A stretch of 62,753 bases of DNA, the filler included, from Candidatus Woesearchaeota archaeon (lineage in GTDB: Archaea > Nanobdellota > Nanobdellia > Woesearchaeales > BM511): NCBI GenBank assembly GCA_023266675.1. It is 3 parts of 3 records of this genome, joined end to end, with 100 filler letters (N's around TTAATTAATTAA, not from the genome) between each part and the next. Parts side by side here need not be neighbours in the genome. Positions count along the whole stretch, not along the records: positions 28,328 to 55,272 come from JAHFPP010000010.1; positions 55,373 to 62,753 come from JAHFPP010000062.1; 1 more part is not named here. One strand, written 5' to 3'. The notes beneath the pieces are model-generated. The model was not told where the DNA came from and did no database searches. It saw only the letters and a list, made by a program, of their open reading frames with translations. The position numbers were made by a program, and so were the translations under genes. Shown here piece after piece: positions 45,694-55,988 of this stretch (within the stretch, counting starts at the first letter, position 1; every line of letters starts with the position of its first letter).

Positions 45694-45798
45694 ATGAAAA
45701 AAATAATTAACAAAAACGGAGGATTGTTCTCGTTTATAGGCATGGTAGTTGTAATAATAATCCTCATCGCATTGTATCTGAAATTTTTTAAAAATTAA
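45694..45798 (+). CDS. 34-aa single-TM peptide (not in the ORF track)
   Basis: MKKIINKNGGLFSFIGMVVVIIILIALYLKFFKN*; SD AAGGA. Confidence 0.55.
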   Translation: MKKIINKNGGLFSFIGMVVVIIILIALYLKFFKN

Positions 45799-45834
45799 CT
45801 TAATAATTTAATATTATGAACTAGGTGTTAACAA

Positions 45835-46341
45835 ATGGAAACTGAAAAATCAAAAGAAGAAAAATTGGAAGAAATAAGGGAGTGCATAAACCAAAAAGAC
45901 AGCCTGTACTCTGTGCACAAAAAAGATGCTATGCGTTTTGCAGAAGAAAGCAAAAAAGAAGGGAAGGGCACAATCCCTATAATGACTTACGGGGATTACA
46001 TCATCTGCCTGAAAGCAGAGTGCCTGGATATACCAAATATACCATTATCCAATTTTAATTATACTTCAGGCACATTTGAGAAAAAGTGGGGGCCAGACCA
46101 TAAAACGATTGTTCTCACGCCAAACCATTCAAGCATAAGAAAAGTCGAGATAGAAATTCAAGGTATAGACATTCACAATATGAAACTTCTGCCTGATAAA
46201 ACCGGCGACGTAATTGAAGACACTGCAAAAATCAAGATAACACGGCATTACAGGTTTTCTGAAGGAAACCTTGAAAATAAAGAAGACAATCTTCTGGCGT
46301 CACCCGGCGAGAAAAAAGCAGAATTCGTGACTGGATTATGA
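45835..46341 (+). CDS. Hypothetical protein
   Basis: 168-aa ORF with SD AGGTG; overlaps the next gene. Confidence 0.65.
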   Translation: METEKSKEEKLEEIRECINQKDSLYSVHKKDAMRFAEESKKEGKGTIPIMTYGDYIICLKAECLDIPNIPLSNFNYTSGTFEKKWGPDHKTIVLTPNHSSIRKVEIEIQGIDIHNMKLLPDKTGDVIEDTAKIKITRHYRFSEGNLENKEDNLLASPGEKKAEFVTGL

Positions 46342-46697
46342 GTGTAAAAATGGCAAAAAACAAAAAAGAAGAAAAACGAGGTTTTATGGACATACTAAAA
46401 GAAGGAATAGTATCTGTTTTTCAGATTATATCCTCCGGCGTATTGCCTTCAATCACAGAAGGCGCTGAAAATATTCTGAACAAGGTTGATGACAGAATAC
46501 TCATAATGGAAAAAAGGATTCTCAAAAAAATATCTACTTTTTTAATAATCGGGTTTGGATGCGTATTCCTTATATTTGCGCTGCTCTTTTTTTTAAAAGA
46601 ATATCTGGGATGGAATAACTCTGCAGCATTTTTTGCAATAGGCATAACTGTTTTTGTGATTGGTCTTTTATTAAAACTTAAGGAATCTAAAAGGTGA
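46338..46697 (+). CDS. YqjE/Phage_holin_3_6-like membrane protein
   Basis: Amphipathic N-terminal helix followed by two TM segments with LGW....F. Confidence 0.55.
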   Translation: MSVKMAKNKKEEKRGFMDILKEGIVSVFQIISSGVLPSITEGAENILNKVDDRILIMEKRILKKISTFLIIGFGCVFLIFALLFFLKEYLGWNNSAAFFAIGITVFVIGLLLKLKESKR

Positions 46698-46701
46698 AAA
46701 A

Positions 46702-47022
46702 ATGGTAACTAAAACAAAGATGACCTCAATGAAACTTAAAAAAGAATTTACAAAAAAAGAAGCAGAACTAATAGGCATCAAACTTGGAATAAAATGGGAC
46801 AAATTTAATGTTGAACAATATAGAATGGGCATAAATGTTGAATTAGAACATGGAAAAAGAAACATAGTTGCAAATATTTCAAATGATGACCCTATAATTA
46901 CAGGAAAAATTGCTTTAGCGCATCTAAAGGAATTTCCGGATTACTATGACCGCTTAAAAAAGATGGAGAAAGAAGCAGATAAATTCTGGGGTAAAAAAAG
47001 AAAAAATGGGTTAAATGCCTAA
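46702..47022 (+). CDS. DUF5661-like protein
   Basis: G..VELEHG...DDP...KIALAHLKEFPDYY.RL.KME. Confidence 0.8.
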   Translation: MVTKTKMTSMKLKKEFTKKEAELIGIKLGIKWDKFNVEQYRMGINVELEHGKRNIVANISNDDPIITGKIALAHLKEFPDYYDRLKKMEKEADKFWGKKRKNGLNA

Positions 47023-47039
47023 TACTTGGAGTGAATTAA

Positions 47040-47345
47040 ATGAAAATAATAAAAACCAGTTTAATCATAATTGCTTTGCTCTCTGTAATGATATTTATCA
47101 CTGGATGTACAATAGCTTCAATAAAAGATGTGAAAAATCCAGACTACGTTGGGAAAAAAATAACCGTGTCAGGAACTGTTCAGGATACAATAAAAGTAGG
47201 CGAAATTTCAGGCTATACAATTAAAGACAAAACAGACACAATTAAGGTTTCTTCACAGAGTCTGCCAGCTGAAGGAAGCAACATTAGTGTTACAGGCATA
47301 TTAATCAAAGATACAATTTTTGGGTATTATATCAAAGCAGATTAG
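47040..47345 (+). CDS. OB-fold lipoprotein
   Basis: FITGC lipobox; NPDYVGKKITVSGTV, G..ISVTG. Confidence 0.7.
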   Translation: MKIIKTSLIIIALLSVMIFITGCTIASIKDVKNPDYVGKKITVSGTVQDTIKVGEISGYTIKDKTDTIKVSSQSLPAEGSNISVTGILIKDTIFGYYIKAD

Positions 47346-47351
47346 ATTACA

Positions 47352-48419
47352 ATGAGAAATCATCACGAATATCAAAAGTTAGTGCCATTCATACTATTTG
47401 TGTTAGCATTGCTTCTGCTTTTTAAGCTTATACAGCCGATGATAACAATACTATTAAGCAGCATCCTCATTGCATATATCTCCTTTCCGATATACAAGCG
47501 AATTCTTAAAAAGATTCCTAACAACTTCATTTCAATCATTCTGGCTTTGCTAATTGTTTTCATTATTATCATGATTCCATTCATTTTTCTGGGGTTTGAG
47601 ATAACACAGCAAGGATACTACTTTTTCAATTCGCTTTCTGACAAGATTCAGAAGGGAGCAATATTTGGATATGGTTGTACAAGCGCAGATTCAAAGCTTT
47701 GTGAGCTTCTTAACCAGTTTGAAAGTTTCAGCAAGGAAAGACTGACGTCGTTTGGGTTTGACAAGCAGCTGCAAAAATACCTGCCGATTGTTGAAGGTGA
47801 GTTAACCGGTTTTATCCTAAGCATTCCATTTATACTGGCTGAAGCATTCATTACTTTTGTAATAGCGTACTTCATAATAAAAGACAGGGAGTCTATAATA
47901 AAAAAATCCATTGATTTGATTCCAATGAGAAAAAAAACAATAAACCGTATGATAAAAGAATTTGACGATATAACCCATACAGTTATTTACGCGCAGTTAT
48001 TTGTTGCTGTGATTCAGGGATTTGTGGCAACGCTTGGGTTTTATCTGTTTGGTGTTCCGCTTCCTGTTATACTTGGTATAATGGTTGCATTCTGTACTTT
48101 AATTCCAACAGCCGGAACAGCGATTATATGGATACCTGCAACATTATATCTTTTGCTTGGAGGATATTACAATCATGACACATGGTTATTATGGAGAGGA
48201 ATAGGGTTATTTCTATACAGTTTTTTCATAATAAACCTCATAGACAATTTACTTCTGGCAAAAATAGTGCAAAAAAAAGCCAAGGTAAGCCAGATTCTAG
48301 TTATTATCGGAGTTATATGCGGCGCTGCAATGTTTGGTGTTGTAGGCATATTTATCGGGCCAATACTCCTCCCATTACTCTTAACTTATTTTGAGACTTT
48401 CAAAGAGAGATTTGTCTAA
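47352..48419 (+). CDS. AI-2E (PerM/YhhT)-family transporter
   Basis: AQL.VA.IQG, LIP..GT...WIP, IDN, G...FG..GIFIGP. Confidence 0.92.
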   Translation: MRNHHEYQKLVPFILFVLALLLLFKLIQPMITILLSSILIAYISFPIYKRILKKIPNNFISIILALLIVFIIIMIPFIFLGFEITQQGYYFFNSLSDKIQKGAIFGYGCTSADSKLCELLNQFESFSKERLTSFGFDKQLQKYLPIVEGELTGFILSIPFILAEAFITFVIAYFIIKDRESIIKKSIDLIPMRKKTINRMIKEFDDITHTVIYAQLFVAVIQGFVATLGFYLFGVPLPVILGIMVAFCTLIPTAGTAIIWIPATLYLLLGGYYNHDTWLLWRGIGLFLYSFFIINLIDNLLLAKIVQKKAKVSQILVIIGVICGAAMFGVVGIFIGPILLPLLLTYFETFKERFV

Positions 48420-49015
48420 TGGCGAATTTCACGATAATGAATAAATTAGGTGCAGTAAACAATATTTTAGCGTACGGATTTTTAATAATACCAACATACT
48501 TATTAGTGTTTACAAAGTCAAATCCGTGGATGGTTGTGCCTTTATATCTTGTTTTTATTCTCTATCTATCACTCAAACATGTTGATAAAATAAAAAAAAT
48601 TAAGATCCCGGATTATATCTATTTCTTTGGAATTTTTTTTGTTTACATGAATATCATCGGAGAGTTTTTTCTTAGACTATATTACACCGTTCCATATTAT
48701 GACAAATTTCTGCATCTGATAGTTCCTATCTATCTTGTGTTTGTTGCCAAATTATTCATTAAAAAAGAAACAAAATCCAATATGTTTTTGATGATACTAC
48801 TCGCATTTACTGTTTGTATTTTATGGGAAATTTTTGAATACTTCATAGACTCTGTTTCAGGAACAACCGTAATGCGCGGGGTTTTCATAAATATAAAAGA
48901 AATGACAGGCGGGTCAAATGATACAGTCCAAGACTTATTATTTTCTATAATTGGAAGCATCATCGGCGGCATAACTGTTCTATACTTAAATTATCAGAAC
49001 TTTAAAAAAAGATGA
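48419..49015 (+). CDS. Multipass membrane protein (DUF2238-like)
   Basis: YDKFLH, WEIFEY, DT..DL....IG. Confidence 0.7.
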   Translation: MANFTIMNKLGAVNNILAYGFLIIPTYLLVFTKSNPWMVVPLYLVFILYLSLKHVDKIKKIKIPDYIYFFGIFFVYMNIIGEFFLRLYYTVPYYDKFLHLIVPIYLVFVAKLFIKKETKSNMFLMILLAFTVCILWEIFEYFIDSVSGTTVMRGVFINIKEMTGGSNDTVQDLLFSIIGSIIGGITVLYLNYQNFKKR

Positions 49016-49090
49016 AGTTATAATCTCTAAAACGAGGTATATAAACTATAAATCTGAAACCTTTAATTTATGGCAACTGATGTCTTTTAC

Positions 49091-50554
49091 TCATTCAAAC
49101 TTATATATCTCTATGTCGCCAATTTTATATGATGCTGTCAATTTTTTTCTGTTATTAATATATTTAAACAGAGACTCATTGGGCATTGTGGTATACATCC
49201 ATGACCTGTCGCTAATTAGCCATACATTCTTGTCAAGATAATCACTAAGTGCGTTTTTCCCGCTGTTTGAAGTCAATTTTGAGTTATCGCTGCAGCATGT
49301 AGCTTCCCAATCCAAAGACAATATCTCATGTCTGTTAAAATTGCATGTTGGTATATCACTCTCTTTAAAACAGTCAATATCATAATAATATGTAAACGGC
49401 TGCTGATGATAAAATGGATCAATAAATATTGTTTCGTTTTCTTTCACATTCTCCTTAACATAAATGGAGACATCGCGCCAATCATCCTTATCCATTCTCT
49501 CAAGCTGTGTAAAAACTGAGTTGAGCGATGATATTATCAAAATTGCGATTAATATATAACTAAACGTCTTATTTTTTTCGGCAATTTTATCAATGAAAAC
49601 TGAAAACAACATCAAAATTGCAGGAAGAGTGAACAATAAGTATCTCGTATTATAAACCGAAGAGAACATGGAGGAATATGCAATAACTATTGCAAACGGA
49701 ACAAGTATCCAAATTCCAAGAAGAATGATGTTTTCTTTGGATTTTGCTTCAAATTTCTTTCTCTGAATTATTACAACCAAAACAAAGATGAATATTAATA
49801 AGTTTAAAGTGTTTCCAAAAAACTCTACAAATGTTTTAATGACTATTCCAGGATTTGGTTTTGGTATCCACATTACACTTAACGTGCGGTTTACCTGCTT
49901 GATAAGTGTTGGAATCCATGGCGTAAAAAGCATAAATAGTGCGAGTTGGCATAAAAACCATTTTAACAGTTTCTTAATTTTAAATCTGTAAAAATACAAT
50001 ACATACATATTTTGTGCAATTATAACTAAAAATGAAAACAGATGAGTGTAAATTAGTAGCAAACTAAAAAACAGATAAAAAAGCAGGTTTTTATTGTCCT
50101 TCTTCTCAATGTACTCTATAAAAAAGTAAAAGGAAACAAGCACAAGCAAAACAAACAAGCTGTAGAGTCTTGCTTCCTGAGAATAATACGTCATTATTGG
50201 CGAAACAGCCGTCAAAGCCAAAGAAATCAAAGCTATCTTCTCACAAAACAATTTTCTGGCAAGAAGATAAACCATAAAAAGCGACAATACTCCAAACATC
50301 AAAGATAGGCTTCTGCTTGATAGCTCGGTTATCCCAAAAAGTTTCACCCAAAAATGAAGAAGCACAGTATATAATGGCAGATGGATGTCACTTTTAACCA
50401 TCTCAATTGCTGTGCTGTAATTCTCCTGCGCCTGCTTAATGCTTACAGCCTCATCAAGCCAATAAGATTCGGATGTAATCCCAATTAATCTAATAATAAG
50501 CGCAATTGATAATAATATCAGTACTATTATAGGAATGTGTTTTTTTAAATCCAT
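49091..50554 (-). CDS. GT-C glycosyltransferase (PMT/ArnT-like)
   Basis: SYWLDEA, H.PLY..LLH.W..LFG..E...R.LS, YSQEAR.Y, RYL. Confidence 0.88.
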   Translation of the reverse strand: MDLKKHIPIIVLILLSIALIIRLIGITSESYWLDEAVSIKQAQENYSTAIEMVKSDIHLPLYTVLLHFWVKLFGITELSSRSLSLMFGVLSLFMVYLLARKLFCEKIALISLALTAVSPIMTYYSQEARLYSLFVLLVLVSFYFFIEYIEKKDNKNLLFYLFFSLLLIYTHLFSFLVIIAQNMYVLYFYRFKIKKLLKWFLCQLALFMLFTPWIPTLIKQVNRTLSVMWIPKPNPGIVIKTFVEFFGNTLNLLIFIFVLVVIIQRKKFEAKSKENIILLGIWILVPFAIVIAYSSMFSSVYNTRYLLFTLPAILMLFSVFIDKIAEKNKTFSYILIAILIISSLNSVFTQLERMDKDDWRDVSIYVKENVKENETIFIDPFYHQQPFTYYYDIDCFKESDIPTCNFNRHEILSLDWEATCCSDNSKLTSNSGKNALSDYLDKNVWLISDRSWMYTTMPNESLFKYINNRKKLTASYKIGDIEIYKFE

Positions 50555-50717
50555 ATATCATAATAAAAGCGCGCTTCTTATATTAATGTTTCCTAATATT
50601 ATCACATGTTTATCGTGTTATTAATTTATATATTAAAAAATAGAATGCGCAAACTTATATTACAAATTTAATAAAAAACATAACCAAATAAACTCGTTGT
50701 TTTAACATTGCTTCAAT

Positions 50718-51125
50718 TTATATAAACGGATTAAATTCTTGCTTTAGAAGATTTTGTATCGGTAAAAATAGCGGTATGGGTAGCAAGTCCCAGCTGAACC
50801 ATTCCCATGTTTCCCATTTGTCAGGCTCCATAACTTGAACTTCTCCAGAGTCATAGTCTGCAACCACAAACAAAGTGATATAATGTTTCTTCTCTTTTTC
50901 AAAGACATCATTTGTGTAAGGTCCAATTCTTAGGTTTTTAATTTTAATTCCTGTTTCTTCAAGTGTTTCGCGAACTGCACAATCATTAACTTTCTCACCA
51001 AACTCTAGGTGTCCGCCGGGAAAACTCCACGCACAGTCACCGTGCGCATTTTTTCTTTTGCCTAGAAGAACTTTATTATCTTTTATCACAATCACGCCAA
51101 CGCCAACTTTGGGTCTTTCATCCAT
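50718..51125 (-). CDS. NUDIX hydrolase (NUDT15/MTH2-like)
   Basis: PGGHLEFGE....A.RE..EETG Nudix box; HYITLF, EPDK. Confidence 0.93.
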   Translation of the reverse strand: MDERPKVGVGVIVIKDNKVLLGKRKNAHGDCAWSFPGGHLEFGEKVNDCAVRETLEETGIKIKNLRIGPYTNDVFEKEKKHYITLFVVADYDSGEVQVMEPDKWETWEWFSWDLLPIPLFLPIQNLLKQEFNPFI

Positions 51126-51171
51126 AATTTTAGAATTATCAATTCTTATTTAAATCTCTTTTCATTAAAAA

Positions 51172-51303
51172 GCGTTATTGAAAAGTTATCCTACTCCATC
51201 TCGTTCGCTTAAAACTGCTCACTCGATTCCGTCTGGCCATGCCTACATTTGCTACGCAAATTCCGGCATTTGTAGGCACAGACGATTAACTTTTCAATAA
51301 CGC
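51172..51303. mobile_element. 132-bp MITE/REP-like element with 17-bp terminal inverted repeats
   Basis: GCGTTATTGAAAAGTTA ... TAACTTTTCAATAACGC; nested internal inverted repeats. Confidence 0.65.
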
Positions 51304-51317
51304 CAATTAAAACTTTA

Positions 51318-51923
51318 CTAATCAACTTTAACAGAAAATCCTTTCAGCCTTTCTATTAATTGCGCCTTATTTAGATATAATATTCCTTTGATTCCGACTC
51401 TCTTTGCGCCATCAACATACTGTATCTTGTCATCAATAAAAATTGTCTGCTCAGGTTTTGTGCCAAGTTTCTCAAGAGCGATTCTGTATATCTTTTCTTC
51501 AGGTTTTATTGTTTTTTCATGGCAGGAAAAAACTGTTGCGTCAAAATATTTCTCATATCCATTATCAATAAAATATTCCATCGAAGGAATCTCTGTGTTT
51601 GAGAGAAATCCTATTTTATAGCCTTTTTTTCTTAATGTTTTGGCAAGCTCAAAAATCTCTTTTCTGTCTGTAAAAACTTTCCCAACTCCCTCTTTCCACA
51701 ATGATTTAGTTTCAGGAGTTTTCACCTTCATTTCATCGCAGATTTTCTTCCACATAATATTCTCTTCTATTAGTCCTTTTTGAAAATCATTCTCATATTT
51801 AGAGCCAACATTTTTCATAAGCCAAAGATCAACATTCAGTTCTTTTGCGCAGTATTTCATCATTTCTTCTGCAGGATTATCAATGAGAACTCCACCCCAG
51901 TCGAATATTATCGCTTTAATCAT
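51318..51923 (-). CDS. HAD-family hydrolase
   Basis: IIFDWGGVL, LSNT, KP...IY, FIDD; start at ATG 51923. Confidence 0.92.
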   Translation of the reverse strand: MIKAIIFDWGGVLIDNPAEEMMKYCAKELNVDLWLMKNVGSKYENDFQKGLIEENIMWKKICDEMKVKTPETKSLWKEGVGKVFTDRKEIFELAKTLRKKGYKIGFLSNTEIPSMEYFIDNGYEKYFDATVFSCHEKTIKPEEKIYRIALEKLGTKPEQTIFIDDKIQYVDGAKRVGIKGILYLNKAQLIERLKGFSVKVD

Positions 51924-52026
51924 ATTATCTTTGAATTTAAGCTTCTTATTTAAACTTTTTGTTTCATCATTAATCAGTAGTGTCAAACCATAAAATTTAT
52001 ATACTCTACACTCTTTATGGCTTAAC

Positions 52027-52923
52027 ATGGCATCAATACATGTTGAAGGCGAAACATTTGAAACATTATTTGTTCCGCTAAATGAACAAGAAAAACCTGG
52101 TGTAGATTTATCTCTCTCATTTTATGAAGTTCCTGACGCACTTGAAGAAAAATTAAGCAAGAGAGAAGAAGAGTTATGGAAACTAAAACTAACTGAAGCA
52201 AAAGTTAAAGGCATTAATTTAACAAATGGGAATCAATACGGATTTATTCCAACGGTTTTCTCTTATACTCTAATTATGAATAGAAACCTAGTTCTTCAAT
52301 TATCAAAAACAAGATACTCCCGTATTGAACTTGCAAAAGAAGAAAATAGTAAAAATATCTCAAATGTTCTTGCACTTTCAGAAATAATAGAAGGATCAGA
52401 CGGTTATTTGTTTGTTCAACGAGGGAATAAAGTTGCATATTATAATAATTCTGGTCAGCTGCACGCACTCGTTGCAGGAAATTATCCACAAAATATCGAT
52501 TTTTTATCGCCAAACAATATGTCAATTGATAAGTGGTTAACTGAACAGCAAAAAACAGAGCACTGTATTGATAAAACTGAGATTACTGACAGATTATTCC
52601 TCGGAGTTGTCTTAGACAAAAAATGCGGATACAAACCTGACATAGTTTACACTGCAAAAACTCCATTAAATAAGCAGGAGCTAAGTAAAAGAAACGCAAT
52701 TGATGCATGGGAGAAAAAAGGAGTGATTGAAACTCCTTCAACAGAAAAAGAATTAAGAACTCTTATTTTAGAGCATTCAGAATTAAAACAGCATGTCCCT
52801 CCAGGGTATGCGGGTGCAATTCTCGAACTTGCAAAAGCATTTGGACTGCAAGCGCTTGACAGGCTTAATTATGAAGGTAAAAAAGGAAGTGCACCATTGA
52901 TTGAGTATTCTGTTATTAGATAA
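52027..52923 (+). CDS. Hypothetical protein, possible degenerate NUDIX-like fold
   Basis: I.GSDG...QRG.KV...G segment; no canonical Nudix box. Confidence 0.55.
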   Translation: MASIHVEGETFETLFVPLNEQEKPGVDLSLSFYEVPDALEEKLSKREEELWKLKLTEAKVKGINLTNGNQYGFIPTVFSYTLIMNRNLVLQLSKTRYSRIELAKEENSKNISNVLALSEIIEGSDGYLFVQRGNKVAYYNNSGQLHALVAGNYPQNIDFLSPNNMSIDKWLTEQQKTEHCIDKTEITDRLFLGVVLDKKCGYKPDIVYTAKTPLNKQELSKRNAIDAWEKKGVIETPSTEKELRTLILEHSELKQHVPPGYAGAILELAKAFGLQALDRLNYEGKKGSAPLIEYSVIR

Positions 52924-52966
52924 TAATAATCTTAATACTATCTCTTTAAAATTAAATATGCCTCTC

Positions 52967-53713
52967 TCAGGCTTCAATCTTTGAGAAGAAATATGCGCCG
53001 ATGCTTAAGAATAATACTGCAACTCCTGACAACACAACCGCATCAAAAATAAGCCCAAAATGCAGGTTGCCAGTCATTGCGCCGCGTAGTGCATCAACGC
53101 CGTAGCTAAGCGGATTTATCGATGATAAAACTGTTATGAATTTAGGCACTCCCTGCAAAGGAAATAGTGCGCCAGACAAGAAGAAGAGTGGCATAATCAG
53201 GAAATTTATTATTAGCTGAAACGCATGCATATCCTCAAGCTGCGAGGCAATAGCTGTGCCTAGAGCAGTGAATATTATGGCAATAAGCGCCATGAAAAAA
53301 ATTGACAATATAACTGATTCAATGCTTTTTGGTCGAAATCCGATTATCATTGACAGTAATAAAACTATGAGTCCTTGAAACGTCGCAACAGTTGCGCCGC
53401 CAAGAGTTCGCCCAAGCATTATCTTAAAACGTGAAACAGGCGCGACAAGCGTTTCTTTTAAGAATCCAAACTGCCTGTCCCAAATAACTTCGATGCCCAT
53501 AAATGTGGACGAAAAAAGCACGCTCATAGCAATAATTCCTGGAACAAGGAAGTCAATGTAGTTTCCACCACTTGCTTTGTTATATATTGGTCCAAAACCA
53601 AAGCCAAACGCAACTAAAAACAAGAGAGGCTGCGCTAAGGACGCTATCATTCTAACTTTTGAACGGTAATACCTTTTCAGCTGCCTTTCCCACAAAACGT
53701 AAATTGTTTTCAT
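52967..53713 (-). CDS. ABC-2 type exporter permease
   Basis: DRQFGFLKE.LVAPVSR, PLFFLSGALFP, NPLSYGVDALR. Confidence 0.95.
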   Translation of the reverse strand: MKTIYVLWERQLKRYYRSKVRMIASLAQPLLFLVAFGFGFGPIYNKASGGNYIDFLVPGIIAMSVLFSSTFMGIEVIWDRQFGFLKETLVAPVSRFKIMLGRTLGGATVATFQGLIVLLLSMIIGFRPKSIESVILSIFFMALIAIIFTALGTAIASQLEDMHAFQLIINFLIMPLFFLSGALFPLQGVPKFITVLSSINPLSYGVDALRGAMTGNLHFGLIFDAVVLSGVAVLFLSIGAYFFSKIEA

Positions 53714-54525
53714 TTGTGCCCCCTAAACATTTTTCGGCTGTTTCTTAATGAATCCATTGCAGTTGCATGCTCTTCCCTGATATCGCGGCCAGTAAGTTTT
53801 ATGAAAGCGTCTTCAAGTGACTCAGTTTTTGTCTGTTTCATAAGGTCCTTTGGTGTTCCTTTTGAGATTATTTTTCCATGGTCAATAATGCATATCTGGT
53901 CGGCGACTTTTTCGGCCTCTTCCATGTAATGCGTTGTGAAAAAAACAGTAACGCCCTCAGTTTTGTTCAACTCTTTTATGTGGTCCCAAATGTGATTTCG
54001 TGTCTGTGGGTCAAGGCCAATTGTCGGCTCGTCAAGAAACAGAATCTTTGGGTGGTGAAGAAGTCCTCTTGCAATTTCAAGGCGCCGCTTCATACCACCT
54101 GAAAAAGTTTTCACAAAATCTTTTTTTCGGTCGTACAATTCGACGAGTGTCAACAGTTTTTTAATCCTTTCTTCTCTTAATTCTTTAGGCACGCGATAAA
54201 GCACTCCGTGAAGCTCCATGTTTTCGTACGCCGTGAGTTCTTCGTCTAAACTTTGGTCCTGAAACACTATCCCAAAAATCTTTCGCACATCATCAGCGTG
54301 AACTTGCGGATTCTTTCCATCCATCATAATTTCTCCGCTTGTTGGACTCAGAAGCGTTGTAAGCATCTTAATCGTTGTCGATTTTCCTGCGCCGTTTGGT
54401 CCTAGAAACCCAAATATTTTTCCGCGCTCAACAAAGAATGAAACATCATCAACAGCAGTGTTATCTTTGAATTTCTTTGTCAAATTAGTTACACTGATAA
54501 TGTGGTTTTTACTCTCTTTTTCCAT
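53710..54525 (-). CDS. ABC exporter ATP-binding subunit (DrrA-like)
   Basis: GPNGAGKST, FSGGM, LFLDEPT, THYMEEA. Confidence 0.96.
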   Translation of the reverse strand: MEKESKNHIISVTNLTKKFKDNTAVDDVSFFVERGKIFGFLGPNGAGKSTTIKMLTTLLSPTSGEIMMDGKNPQVHADDVRKIFGIVFQDQSLDEELTAYENMELHGVLYRVPKELREERIKKLLTLVELYDRKKDFVKTFSGGMKRRLEIARGLLHHPKILFLDEPTIGLDPQTRNHIWDHIKELNKTEGVTVFFTTHYMEEAEKVADQICIIDHGKIISKGTPKDLMKQTKTESLEDAFIKLTGRDIREEHATAMDSLRNSRKMFRGHK

Positions 54526-54757
54526 ATTTTATCTTATTAAAACATCTCGTCTTATAAAGATTTGTTTTAATTGATATGTGGTCATATAATATCTTTGTGT
54601 AACGTGTTCTCAAAAAATATTCCTGAAACTTTTACTTATCTAAACCGCGAGCAGGACCTCGGCGAAGAGGGTCTAAAAAAATCCAAAGAAAGCTATCGGC
54701 CAATTAAGATGGTTGAGAAAGTACGGATAACTAATTAGGTTATAACTAACTTGATTT

Positions 54758-55272
54758 TTAGAACTTAATCTTTTTTATCTCATTAAAATCTGTTATTGCA
54801 TCTTTATATTTTAACTTCAGTTTATCAATTACTTCTTTGTCGGCAATATCTGATTTTGAGATATAAATTATCACTGGCTTGTCAAGCTTTTTTGTTCTTT
54901 CAAGAAGCTGCACCTGGTCATCAATTGAGTATTCTAATGTTGGGTCAAAGACATAGATTATTTTGTCTGCAGCGTATTTCATAACGAGATGCGCGGCTTT
55001 TTCAATGTAATTCATCTTGTCAAACCTGTTAAGCGTGCCTGGCGTGTCTATGCACTGGACTTTGTCATATTTTTGCTCAAGGTATCCAACATTAAGTCCT
55101 TTTGTTGTGAATGGATAATTGCTTATTTCAGGCTTTGAAGTAGTCAGTTTTGCGAGCAGCGTTGATTTGCCGACATTTGGCAATCCTGCAATTGCAACAG
55201 TTGGAATTCCAGTTTTTATTGCAGGAAAATTCTTCATAGTTTTTCTGGCATTTTCAAGATATTCAAGCTCTT
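54758..55272 (-). CDS. NOG1/Obg-family GTPase, 5'-truncated by the contig end
   Basis: GLPNVGKS, YPFTT, DTPG, SKSD. Confidence 0.9.
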
Positions 55273-55372
55273 NNNNNNNNNNNNNNNNNNNNNNNNNNNN
55301 NNNNNNNNNNNNNNNNTTAATTAATTAANNNNNNNNNNNNNNNNNNNNNNNNNNNNNNNNNNNNNNNNNNNN
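55273..55372. other. Artificial contig linker
   Basis: 44 N + TTAATTAATTAA + 44 N. Confidence 0.95.
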
Positions 55373-55937
55373 GGTTCATTGTGCCTATGAAGATGAAGTT
55401 TGCTTCAAAATCAAAATCATAAGAACCTATCGTCGCTTTCTTTTCCTGTAAAACCTGCAAAAGCGCGTTTTGGAGTTTTTCAGGGCACCTGTTTACTTCG
55501 TCAAAGAATAGTATTCCATTGTTAGCCTTGAAAATTTTCCCAGGAGTAAATGCTTCAATTGACATTGGGCCAAATTCAAGCGCTTTTATTGGGTCAATAT
55601 CACCGATGAGGTCTTCAGCTGTCAGGTCTGGTGAGCCCTGTACTCTGACAAACAAATCTCCGCCTTTGACTTTTTTTGTTTTTGGCTTCTTTGTTTTGCA
55701 CTTAGGGCAAACTGGGGCGTCAGGTAGGCAGTTGAATTCGCAATCATTAACTATCCTTTCAGGCAGTATTCTTGCAATGTTTTTTGCAAGAGTAGTCTTT
55801 CCGATTCCCGGCGGACCCACAATTATCATGTTTCTTTCAGACAAAAGGACGCTTTTAATTTGCTTTTTAATGTCGTCCTGTCCAAGAATATCGTTGAACT
55901 CTTCTTTTAATATTGCTTTTAGTAAATCGTCTTGCAT
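55373..55937 (-). CDS. AAA+ ATPase (MoxR/ChlI-like), 3'-truncated
   Basis: GPPGIGKT, VQGSPDLT.EDL.G, FDEVNR...QNALL. Confidence 0.88.
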
Positions 55938-55988
55938 AGAACAAAAAGAAAACTTCTGTTCATTTATAAGATTATTGTTTTCTGACGA

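Noticed and set aside
46338..47022. Holin-like and DUF5661-like genes as a provirus
   Set aside because: No integrase, capsid, terminase or att sites seen
54640..54740. GC-rich patch with hairpin GACCTC-GGCGAA-GAGGGTC
   Set aside because: A single short hairpin is not enough to call an RNA or terminator
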